Positions 19,221 to 27,304 of a stretch of DNA of 64,000 nt are shown here, piece by piece. Made by a program: the position numbers and the translations under genes. How positions within the stretch are numbered: the first letter of the stretch is position 1; each line of letters starts with the position of its first letter. Where the stretch lies: IMG/VR virus record IMGVR_UViG_3300044680_000048, positions 32,001 to 96,000 of that record; one strand, written 5' to 3'. The stretch is from a virus. The notes under the pieces are model-generated. The model made no database searches and had not been told where the DNA came from. It was given only the letters and a program-made list of their open reading frames with translations.

Positions 19221-19555
19221 TGGGACAGCGGGGAGAATATGAAGACCTTATGGGAAAGACTTTTACTGATCTATATGTAGAGGGTCCGGCAGACTCTAGA
19301 TGGGAATCCGGAAAGGTTAAATACTACTGGACAGTAAGATGTTCCTGTGGTACTATTTTTGAGGCTAGGGGGTCAGCACTTAAGCACGGTTCCCCCCAAT
19401 CTTGTTTTCCCTGTGGAAGAAAGAGAGCCGGAAGAACTAATCACATCAGAAAATCTAAAATTATGCAGTGTATTAGAGAAACTGTTAAGGACATGTATGA
19501 TGCTGGAGTTATGTCAGAAGAAGAATTTACAAACTTTAAGGATATATTTGTATGA
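19220..19555 (+). CDS. zinc-ribbon protein (111 aa)
   Basis: It has CSC...CFPC cysteine pairs. The track start is a GTG; an alternative ATG lies at 19250. Confidence 0.5.
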   Translation: MGQRGEYEDLMGKTFTDLYVEGPADSRWESGKVKYYWTVRCSCGTIFEARGSALKHGSPQSCFPCGRKRAGRTNHIRKSKIMQCIRETVKDMYDAGVMSEEEFTNFKDIFV

Positions 19556-19767
19556 AGATTGAAAGATACGAGAACTATTATGGAGAGCAAGAGCTAACTT
19601 TCTGGTTTGGTAATAATTATTTCATGTTTGACTCCAAGGGTAACTTTGAATTCTTAGCTGCAGGTTATGGTAGTGGTTATGAAGTTGTTCCAGATATAAC
19701 TAAACGGGACACACTTAGCAAAGAAGAACGGGAAATCCTTATTAAATTCCTTCAGGAGATTGAATGA
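19552..19767 (+). CDS. hypothetical protein (71 aa)
   Basis: It overlaps both neighbouring genes by 4 nt, as expected for a translationally coupled operon. Confidence 0.5.
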   Translation: MKIERYENYYGEQELTFWFGNNYFMFDSKGNFEFLAAGYGSGYEVVPDITKRDTLSKEEREILIKFLQEIE

Positions 19768-20246
19768 AAGGACAGAAGCAAGTATTCTCTAGTACATATC
19801 AAAATTGGGAGACTCCTAAACCTTTATTTAATAGGTTACATGAAAGATTTAATTTTACTATAGATCTTGCCGCAAGCCCTGATAACCATCTATTACCTAG
19901 ATTCTATACAGAAGAAGATAATTCCCTAATTCAATCTTGGGTAGATGAACGGGGGTTCACTAACCCTCCTTATAATATAGCTCCAGAATTCATTGAAAAG
20001 TCCTATATGGAAGTAGCTTATGGGTGTATGGAGTTGAATCTTTTATTGGTTCCGGCAAGAACTAGTAACAAAGAGTGGGAAGAATTTGTATTCCCTCATG
20101 CGGAGGAGTTGATTTTTATCAATGGACGTGTTAAGTTTGGTAATAGTCCAACCGGTGCTCCTTTTCCTTCTGTTTGTATACTCTTCCGGGAAGACAATTG
20201 CGGGAAAGGTCCTAAAGTCAGTTGGATATCAGTAAGAGGTGAATAA
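19764..20246 (+). CDS. DNA N6-adenine methyltransferase, phage Dam family (160 aa)
   Basis: It has WETPKPLF, FTIDLAA and the catalytic NPPY motif (FTNPPYN), in the order typical of the small phage Dam family. Confidence 0.7.
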   Translation: MKGQKQVFSSTYQNWETPKPLFNRLHERFNFTIDLAASPDNHLLPRFYTEEDNSLIQSWVDERGFTNPPYNIAPEFIEKSYMEVAYGCMELNLLLVPARTSNKEWEEFVFPHAEELIFINGRVKFGNSPTGAPFPSVCILFREDNCGKGPKVSWISVRGE

Positions 20247-20317
20247 TGGGGATAGATAGAAGCGCGGCAGTCTGTTTTGGGGCAAAGATTCCCTATAAAC
20301 TTATGCAGGAAAGTTAG

Positions 20318-20578
20318 ATGAAACGGGAAGATTTTAAAATTGGAGAACAGTTTTATACAGGTTCCGGAAGATGGATATGTACAGATAAAGGTACTAAGAA
20401 TATACTAGCAATAAAGACGGAAGACCATTCCGGCAAGGCTCTTTTAAGTAATCAAGACTGGGAATGGATTAAGGGGAAACATGAAGACATGCTTCATGTT
20501 TCAATCTTCCATATTAATGATTGGGATGGATGTTCCTTAAAGAATGATTGGGCTAATAGAGTAAGGCGGGAAAGATGA
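20318..20578 (+). CDS. hypothetical protein (86 aa)
   Basis: Last ORF of the rightward block, followed by a terminator. Confidence 0.5.
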   Translation: MKREDFKIGEQFYTGSGRWICTDKGTKNILAIKTEDHSGKALLSNQDWEWIKGKHEDMLHVSIFHINDWDGCSLKNDWANRVRRER

Positions 20579-20702
20579 TTGAAATTAAAATTCCTTTTTG
20601 ATATAGGGCAAGATGTCTACCCTATTAGATTATTTGATTACGAAATCATAACCTGCCCCAATTAAACATGATGAGAGTCCTAAAAGAGAAATAACCTAAA
20701 GG

Positions 20703-20728
20703 AAAGCCTCCCAATTGGGAGGCTTTTT
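20703..20728. terminator. bidirectional intrinsic terminator
   Basis: AAAGCCTCCC-AATT-GGGAGGCTTTTT lies between the convergent 86-aa ORF and the capsid gene. T-rich tracts follow on both strands. Confidence 0.65.
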
Positions 20729-20760
20729 ATTGGTCTTATTTGGTAACTAACAGAACACGC

Positions 20761-21954
20761 CTAAGAATGCCCTGTGAGCAAACAGCGGCTCTGAGCAAGG
20801 GGGTCACATAACGATATTAAATCGAACAGAACACTCAAGTGATAGAGGTTAGTTACTGGCCTTTCCACTAAAAAACTTCCAGGCTTGCCTTGCATATGGA
20901 ACTTAGCCAGTTGAGGAAGCGAAGCACGGAAGAACATAGTAGTTCCGGTAGGCATCTGCATATCTCTGATGAAGGGGATAGCAAGTCCGTTATTGTCTTC
21001 GTAGATCATTTGGATATCGCCAGGCTCAAGTCCTAGTCCGGCAAGTCTCTTTACGAGTACTTCGTCATAGCCCATTTTTGCCAGCGGCTCATTGCCGGGG
21101 TAGCGGTTGATCATCAAGTTACGGATAACAGGGATCTGGGTGTTATTGGTTAAAGCAACAACATCATTTAGAGCGTCAAAACCGAAGAAGGCAGCTAACT
21201 GTGTGATAGCTTGAGCAATCAAAGCATCAGTGAGGTTTCCCCCGCCTACTGCAATTGGTCCTACGGTTGATCTCGTTACCATACCACCAAGAGATGGGAT
21301 ATTAGGGAGAGCTTCATCGGTATTTTCCAGAGCACTCAAGAGCAGAGGGTTCATGGTCCGTTCCATACGGATCATTGCTTTCTGGATTTGTGCTTGGAGT
21401 TCATTCCGGCGGTAAGGTGATTGAGCAGCAAGTTCTTCCGCCATAAAAGAAACGTTAATCTGTTGACCGATAGCCATCAGGGTATTAGTTCTTTCCGACA
21501 AGACTGACTGTTGAACTGCTGGGAGATTACCTTCTACGTTGAAAGCTGACAATTGGTCATTACCAATGGTTTCTTCCGGAATCCGGATCTGATAATCAGT
21601 TGCCGGGAAAGAAGGTTTCTTTTTCAGGATGTTAAGGAATTTGGCTTCCGTATTAACAATCTGAGCAATATAAGGATAGAGACTTACGATTCTTACTGGA
21701 CCAAGGTCTACTCCGGTAACGTCTTTATTAACTACCATAGTAGAGAATGCGTCCGAGGAGTCGGTATTCATTCTTACCGGCATATTCTTTAGAAGACGGC
21801 TAACCTTTTCACGGGTTTGGCTATCTTTGCACTCTTGGTACAAGATAACATCGATAGGTTGCGGATCAGCTTTCTGAATCGGAACCAGAGCTTGGTTCCC
21901 CGCACTCTTGTTTTGAAGATTAGATACCAGATCTTCTGCGCCAAATTGAGACAT
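20761..21954 (-). CDS. major capsid protein candidate (397 aa)
   Basis: It lies immediately downstream of the protease/scaffold gene. A GGAG box lies 7 nt upstream of the ATG, and a strong terminator follows. The size is typical. No fold-level evidence is available from the sequence alone. Confidence 0.55.
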   Translation of the reverse strand: MSQFGAEDLVSNLQNKSAGNQALVPIQKADPQPIDVILYQECKDSQTREKVSRLLKNMPVRMNTDSSDAFSTMVVNKDVTGVDLGPVRIVSLYPYIAQIVNTEAKFLNILKKKPSFPATDYQIRIPEETIGNDQLSAFNVEGNLPAVQQSVLSERTNTLMAIGQQINVSFMAEELAAQSPYRRNELQAQIQKAMIRMERTMNPLLLSALENTDEALPNIPSLGGMVTRSTVGPIAVGGGNLTDALIAQAITQLAAFFGFDALNDVVALTNNTQIPVIRNLMINRYPGNEPLAKMGYDEVLVKRLAGLGLEPGDIQMIYEDNNGLAIPFIRDMQMPTGTTMFFRASLPQLAKFHMQGKPGSFLVERPVTNLYHLSVLFDLISLCDPLAQSRCLLTGHS

Positions 21955-21964
21955 TAATAACTCC

Positions 21965-24139
21965 TTACTGTTGGGCCCAATTGGCCATGATGAAACTGTC
22001 TAGTGTGTTTGCCGGTTGAGTAGCTTTATTTACTTCAACAGCTTTGTTCTGGATCTCAAGAACTTTTTCTACAAGTTCTTCCGCACTGGTGGAAGCAGCG
22101 GCTTCTACAGCCTTACTAATTGATTCGACCATTTTGGCAAGCTCCCCAATCAGTTTTGATTGATCAGCCTGGATTGATTTCTGTGCTTCTACAGCAGCGA
22201 CAAGCTTGTTGACTTTTTCAACAGCTTCCTTGTTAGAAGCAACAAGAGACTTTATTGTTAGGTTGGTTTCCGGAGAGAGTGAAGCTTCTACAGATTTACC
22301 AAGCTTTACGGAAGTCGGATCTTTATCTTCCGATTTTCCTAGTTTGACGGAAGTAGGGTCACTATCTTCGTTAGTAATTTTCTTAGTGTCGTTATCACCG
22401 TCGCGGTCTTCACCGCCAACACCCTCATCACCATCAGGTTCTTTGTGGGCCTTAACACACTCATCATCTTCTTCAGACTTCATGCACTCATCTTCTTCAG
22501 CAGAAGCTTTAGTGGAAACATCTTCGTACTTAGAAGGATCAGCATCACCGGAACCCGGATTTAGCTTAACCGCATCTTTTTCTTCTTTTGCCACTGATTT
22601 ACTATCCTGTATAGTGTTAACGTTAATTATTGTAGCGGAGGATTTATTTTGTGTTAAATTATCTCTCAAAGAAGAGGCATGAACATTTAGAAGTGTCCCA
22701 AAAGCCTCATAAGAATTAACTGCCCCTTCTGGCAATTCCATATTATGTGTCCAGATGGTAGGGCGTTCAGCAGATTTAGCAGCTTCAAGACGATGATGAC
22801 CATCAATCATATAGATATCTCCATTGCGGGAGATAGTCATTCCACCATCAAAATTTCCTTCTTTAACAAATTGTGCAACTTTTTCTGCGTCTACGGCAGA
22901 CTGAGTTGGTTTAACTTGTTCCGGACGAACCTGAACAAGGGGAAGACCCTTATATAATCCTGGATTACTAATCAATGCCTTAACAACAGAAAACTCAAAT
23001 TCACTTTTAAGAAAGTCTGGATACAGGGTTTTATTGATGGATTCTGTTAAAGATTTCTGTTCAGGAGGTCCGGAAGAATCTATTTCTCTTTTCCAAGCAG
23101 CCTTAATCTTAGATTTTATATGAGAAAGTTCTTCAGAGGAGTACTCTGAAGAATTCCTTTCTTGATGAATGTAATTCCAAGCTGCTCTGATGTGCTCTTC
23201 TGTATCTATAGGATAACGAGGTTTTTTATCTTCCTGGTAACCAGGATCTGCGTATTCTACATCCCCATAAGGTTTTTTCGCTTTCATCATTGCTGCTTCA
23301 GGAGCATTATCACACTCATGAGCATTATCTTCCGGTTCATCTCTATAGGCTTCTGGATCAGTAACTCCACCACCATTAGGGGGAGAAATAGTAGCTTTAT
23401 CCTCAAGGGCTTTTTGTTGAAGAGATTTGATTGCGGTTTTCATTCGAGCGGGAACATTTACAACCGATCTTTCTAGGTAGCGGGCAACTTTATTAATAGT
23501 TACTGAAACAGGTTTGCCGGATTCATCCACCTGTCCCGGTTCATGTGGGCAGGCATAAGAATAAATAGACATGTTACAGGAACTACAAACTTTATGGTTG
23601 GGGTCTACTAAAATACCTACAGAAATAGAACGAACAGTACCGTTTTTTATTCCTTTTATAAGAGGAGCATGGTAATCCTCAAGAGGAATGCCCCATGTTT
23701 CTCTAGGACCTTCTTTAGTCATCCTAGAAGAAAGGCAGATACCTAATGGAGGGAGATTATTAAGATTATGTGAATGATCCATGAGGACGGGAGTAGCTGG
23801 TCCACCGTCTACTATGTCCTGTTCAGCATCTTTGGAGAACTTATCTCCTTGTACATCAACCTCATTTCCAAGGCCTAGAACGTTAATATTACGTAAAACC
23901 ATCCACTGGTGGGCTTCTTGGGGCACAACAGAAAATTCATTAATGAGTTTCATTTCTTCCATAGAAGGAGATAAACTTTGATTCTCCTCTACCATTGTCT
24001 TAGCAGCTTTAAGAGTTCCGGTACTTCCCATACTCTTATACATAACTAAGCCGGTCTCTTCTTCAGGTTCCGGCAAAGACTTCTTGATAGAAACTGCTCT
24101 TACTTCTTCCGGAAGGACTTTTTTAAATTCTTCTACCAC
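21965..24139 (-). CDS. prohead protease - ParB/Srx-like domain - scaffold fusion protein (724 aa)
   Basis: The N-terminal part has HK97-type prohead protease-like segments (PVLMDHSHNLNNLPPLG, SISVGIL). A YADPGY...YPIDTEEHIRAAWNYI motif follows. The ParB N-terminal-type motif is VKPTQSAVD...MIDGHHRLEAA, with DGHHR at 22790-22804. An acidic tract and an Ala/Glu/Lys coiled-coil C-terminus complete it. GTG start. Confidence 0.6.
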   Translation of the reverse strand: MVEEFKKVLPEEVRAVSIKKSLPEPEEETGLVMYKSMGSTGTLKAAKTMVEENQSLSPSMEEMKLINEFSVVPQEAHQWMVLRNINVLGLGNEVDVQGDKFSKDAEQDIVDGGPATPVLMDHSHNLNNLPPLGICLSSRMTKEGPRETWGIPLEDYHAPLIKGIKNGTVRSISVGILVDPNHKVCSSCNMSIYSYACPHEPGQVDESGKPVSVTINKVARYLERSVVNVPARMKTAIKSLQQKALEDKATISPPNGGGVTDPEAYRDEPEDNAHECDNAPEAAMMKAKKPYGDVEYADPGYQEDKKPRYPIDTEEHIRAAWNYIHQERNSSEYSSEELSHIKSKIKAAWKREIDSSGPPEQKSLTESINKTLYPDFLKSEFEFSVVKALISNPGLYKGLPLVQVRPEQVKPTQSAVDAEKVAQFVKEGNFDGGMTISRNGDIYMIDGHHRLEAAKSAERPTIWTHNMELPEGAVNSYEAFGTLLNVHASSLRDNLTQNKSSATIINVNTIQDSKSVAKEEKDAVKLNPGSGDADPSKYEDVSTKASAEEDECMKSEEDDECVKAHKEPDGDEGVGGEDRDGDNDTKKITNEDSDPTSVKLGKSEDKDPTSVKLGKSVEASLSPETNLTIKSLVASNKEAVEKVNKLVAAVEAQKSIQADQSKLIGELAKMVESISKAVEAAASTSAEELVEKVLEIQNKAVEVNKATQPANTLDSFIMANWAQQ
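22289..22360 (-). repeat. tandem duplication DPTSVKLGKSEDK / DPTSVKLGKSVE inside the scaffold region
   Basis: Read in the translation at aa 594-617. The underlying unit is an imperfect 39-nt DNA repeat. Confidence 0.7.
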
Positions 24140-24188
24140 TAAATTTGCCTATTATAAAGATAACAGTCTAAATTTTAGCTGTTACTTC

Positions 24189-24197
24189 TGGTATAAT
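24189..24197 (+). promoter_or_regulatory. extended -10 promoter TGGTATAAT for the tRNA
   Basis: The box ends 6 nt before the first tRNA nucleotide. Confidence 0.5.
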
Positions 24198-24203
24198 AAA
24201 ATT

Positions 24204-24282
24204 AGTAGGGTAGGGGAGTCTGGTCGTCCCCGCAAGGCTCATAACCTTGAGATCGTGAGTTCAAATCTCACCCTTGCAACCA
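24204..24282 (+). tRNA. tRNA with CAU anticodon (Met, or Ile2 if lysidine-modified), CCA encoded
   Basis: I folded the cloverleaf by hand. The D stem is GGGG/CCCC with a GG-containing loop. The anticodon arm is CAAGG-CTCATAA-CCTTG. The variable loop is AGATC. The T arm is GTGAG-TTCAAAT-CTCAC. The acceptor stem AGTAGGG/CCTTGCA has an A1-A72 mismatch and two G-U pairs, followed by ACCA. Confidence 0.75.
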
Positions 24283-24284
24283 AT

Positions 24285-24608
24285 TTAGATAAAAGAACTA
24301 TCATGCCTATCTATTAGGGACATAATTTCTTCTTGGGTGGCATCTGGATGATGGGGGATAGAGGTTTCCCGTCTCCATACTTCCGGATGATTAGGGTCAA
24401 TGGGATTAACTCCATTCCCATAAACCACTATTACATGATTATCTAGGTTAGGGTGTTTACTAACACTCATTATTTGGGCTTTCTTTTGCCCTCTATATTG
24501 AGGAGTAGAAGTTCTTTCTATGACTCTTGTGGCAATCAAATCTATATCATCATCGGTTAATTCATACCGGAAGAGATTCCATAACCACTCTTTCACTTTT
24601 TTAAACAT
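24285..24608 (-). CDS. hypothetical protein (107 aa)
   Basis: Co-oriented ORF in the head operon. It ends 3 nt from the tRNA 3' end on the opposite strand. Confidence 0.5.
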   Translation of the reverse strand: MFKKVKEWLWNLFRYELTDDDIDLIATRVIERTSTPQYRGQKKAQIMSVSKHPNLDNHVIVVYGNGVNPIDPNHPEVWRRETSIPHHPDATQEEIMSLIDRHDSSFI

Positions 24609-24610
24609 AT

Positions 24611-25033
24611 TTAGAGGGCATCTCCCAATAAGGTTACTGTTGATGCCGTAGTAGCATCAGCACTTCTAAGAGTAACCTTGATCCACCCACCTGTCTGAGC
24701 TAGGTTAACATTGAAGACAGTATTAACTGTTTGAGGACTTCCATCATTAGCTACTATAGGATTAAGGACAACAGTTTGTCCAACACTGTCATAGGCAGGA
24801 GTTATGGGATTCCCGCCATTAACATAAAATCCAGGTTGTCCATTAGGGACCGCCGGTCCAAAACCATTAGTAACATTACAGGTAAAACCCGTAATAGAAG
24901 AAGTGGAAGCAAAGGTTATAGAAGTTTCTACCTGAAGTTCATTGAAGACAGTGGCATCTATTTCTATAATAAGAGTTCCGGAAGCAGCTACTGAATAGGT
25001 TCCATAATTCGTGTAATTAGAATGCGAAGCCAT
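24611..25033 (-). CDS. small Gly/Ser/Thr/Val-rich virion-type protein, family member 1 (140 aa)
   Basis: It has almost no charged residues and carries an AASGT motif near the N-terminus. It resembles ORFs 30840-31244 and 33022-33519. Confidence 0.5.
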   Translation of the reverse strand: MASHSNYTNYGTYSVAASGTLIIEIDATVFNELQVETSITFASTSSITGFTCNVTNGFGPAVPNGQPGFYVNGGNPITPAYDSVGQTVVLNPIVANDGSPQTVNTVFNVNLAQTGGWIKVTLRSADATTASTVTLLGDAL

Positions 25034-25179
25034 TAATAACTCCCTACATAGAAGGCAGTTGTTTGGGAACCAAAGCCTAAACTATACCTTTCTCCGGAAA
25101 CATCCATATTTCCCGCTCCGTCATCTACCCATTGAACAGTTTGACTATCAGAAGAACCACCGGAAAGAAATACCAACAT
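25033..25179 (-). CDS. small hypothetical protein (48 aa, below the track cutoff)
   Basis: Hand translation gives MLVFLSGGSSDSQTVQWVDDGAGNMDVSGERYSLGFGSQTTAFYVGSY. A GAGG box lies upstream, and a TAATG overlap joins it to the next gene. Confidence 0.3.
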   Translation of the reverse strand: MLVFLSGGSSDSQTVQWVDDGAGNMDVSGERYSLGFGSQTTAFYVGSY

Positions 25180-25221
25180 ATTAAACCTCAAATCTTAAAC
25201 TATGTAGAATTTTAGCTTTAG

Positions 25222-26061
25222 CTAAAAGCTGCCCCTTAAGGTTTCATAGGCTAACTCATATCCATGGTTTATTAGGGACTTCCGGTCCTTCTTATAGTTA
25301 AAGTCTATTAAATTACGCTGAATATTACTCTCTGCCTTTACTACTATAACTTTAACCTCTCTAAACCGAGAGTTGGTAGATACTATGGAGTTGATTGTCT
25401 CAACAAATTTAAGTTCTTTCGATATGGAGATATAAGACGGTAATGATAAACCAGCCTGCATTACATCTAAAATACTGTTTATCTTGTAACAAGTCTCCGG
25501 CACTTGAGGTTGAAACAAGACAACAACATCGGCGCCCATTTCTACTGCCTGAGAAACCGAGAAGTTATTACTTAGCCCACCATCTAGGTATTGTTGACCA
25601 TTAAGAGAAACAGGCTCAAATAAAACTGGAGGTGAAGCAGATGCTCGTAAGAACGCCGGCAAGTCTTCTCCTAACTCATGAACGTCTTTAGTAACACCGC
25701 TCCAATCTGTAAAATTAGTAACGTTAATTAAGAATTTCTTAGGGTTTCCGGCAACTTTACCATTATCTATATATTTCTTTAATGTTCTTTCCAGAGGAGA
25801 AGAGTCGTATAAACAGAACTTACCGGAAAGAAAGTTACCAAATGGGTTTAAACTATAAACATCCGGATTCTTAATATTCATCCACAGATCTAGCATTTCA
25901 TCTATTCTATTTTGATGAAGAAAAAGACCATTCAGGCTACCAACGGAAGTTCCATGAAGAACGTCATAAGTAAGTCCTAATTCATGCCAAGCTTTAATCA
26001 TCCCGGCTTGTAGGATGCCCATTGAACCGCCGCCGGAAAGACATAGGTGGATATTAGACAT
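25222..26061 (-). CDS. patatin-like phospholipase (279 aa)
   Basis: It has the oxyanion-hole motif SGGGSMG, the GxSxG nucleophile GTSVGS and the catalytic Asp motif YLDGGLSNN. The Ser-Asp dyad is therefore intact. Confidence 0.8.
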   Translation of the reverse strand: MSNIHLCLSGGGSMGILQAGMIKAWHELGLTYDVLHGTSVGSLNGLFLHQNRIDEMLDLWMNIKNPDVYSLNPFGNFLSGKFCLYDSSPLERTLKKYIDNGKVAGNPKKFLINVTNFTDWSGVTKDVHELGEDLPAFLRASASPPVLFEPVSLNGQQYLDGGLSNNFSVSQAVEMGADVVVLFQPQVPETCYKINSILDVMQAGLSLPSYISISKELKFVETINSIVSTNSRFREVKVIVVKAESNIQRNLIDFNYKKDRKSLINHGYELAYETLRGSF

Positions 26062-26494
26062 TGATTAGAGGAATGTTGTATTGCACAGCAAGTGATTCCG
26101 CCATGGTTATTACTGTAGGAGTCAACCAAGTGGGATTGGTTGCTTTTAGCCCCGTCCAATACTGAGAAATTGCTAGTGGATAGGTCGTAATAAATTTGTC
26201 TACTAGCGGGAAGGCTTGAGAGAGATTTATAGCGGCTTCGGTTAGTCCTTGAGCCAGCAATCCCTGAAATAAAGATCCCTGGAACATGTCGGGATTTGGG
26301 ACGGCGACGTTAGTCGGAATGTAGATCAGCACTCCATTCACGATTTTGTAATTCGTGATATTCTGGTCGCCGTTATACGACATGAACGGCGCCCAAGTGT
26401 CTTCCGCTGATGGCGTATCAACACCAGGCACGATGGTTGCTTGGTTGTTTGTGCCGGTGCAATTTGTTTGTCCGGCGAATTGAATTACGTTCAT
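26054..26494 (-). CDS. hypothetical protein in the tail-fibre-chaperone position (146 aa)
   Basis: It lies immediately downstream of the fibre gene and belongs to the same GC-rich island as the fibre C-terminal domain. Confidence 0.5.
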   Translation of the reverse strand: MNVIQFAGQTNCTGTNNQATIVPGVDTPSAEDTWAPFMSYNGDQNITNYKIVNGVLIYIPTNVAVPNPDMFQGSLFQGLLAQGLTEAAINLSQAFPLVDKFITTYPLAISQYWTGLKATNPTWLTPTVITMAESLAVQYNIPLINV

Positions 26495-27304
26495 TATTTA
26501 CTCCGCATCCATAAAGACTGACTTTGTAGCTATGTTGACAGCCGTTGTGCTTAGTGTGGTGATCGTCTCGACATTGCACGCAACACCTGATATCGGGACA
26601 TCTGTCGTTGTAGACGCAGCTAGTACTGACGCACCGCCGTTAGTACTGATGTAGAAACTTACTGTGCCAGGTATAGAGCAATCAACCGCCATTGTGTATA
26701 CGGTGTTGTAATTTATTGGGACCGTCGTAGTGATCACGTTTTGCGCTGAGCCTGTGCCAGTTACACAACGCCAGTACTGAGTAGCATCTACTGCGGGCGA
26801 GTAGCGAAATGCGGCCACGCTAACTGCGGTCCCAGGTGTATTCGTTCCTGTGCAATATGCAGCACCACCGCCTAGCATCCCCACCCAGATCCGGCAATTC
26901 TGAATGTCTGTAGAACTTGATCCGGTCCTAATAGTCGCTATATATCTCGGTCCTGGGTACGTATTATTGAATACTCCCCAGTTTGCATTTGCTTGCGAAG
27001 AGCTACCGGCGTAGGTGCCCGAGGTAGTTGAAGTAGCAAAGTTGACTGCGAAATCTAATCCAGCAGTACCCCACAGCGTCGTAGCAGTGCCCGAATTTGT
27101 GGGACTAACTGTGTTCAAACCTCCCGAAAAATATACAGAAGTCGTTGCGACTGCTGGATAACTATAGGTTCCCCATCGCCGCGGACGAGCGCAGGTGATT
27201 GACGGGAACATATAACTATTAACCCACGCACCCGTCCCAGATCCAGTATTTTGAATTGTCTGCCCGATGTTGCCACCGGATGGTAAGCCGCCTCCACCTC
27301 CACC
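26090..27304. other. GC-rich compositional island (fibre C-terminal domain plus downstream ORF)
   Basis: Sampled 60-nt lines here are 48-57% G+C, against 35-40% in the flanks. The CCGG sites here are never in TTCCGG or CCGGAA context. The right edge coincides with a Gly6 linker at 27287-27304. Confidence 0.6.

Noticed and set aside
22206-22682. 158-aa plus-strand Ser-rich ORF
   Set aside because: It is antisense to the acidic (Glu/Asp-rich) tract of the scaffold fusion gene. This is a mirror-composition artefact.
24204-24282. The phage tRNA as an ochre suppressor for the terL TAA
   Set aside because: The anticodon is clearly CAU, not UUA.
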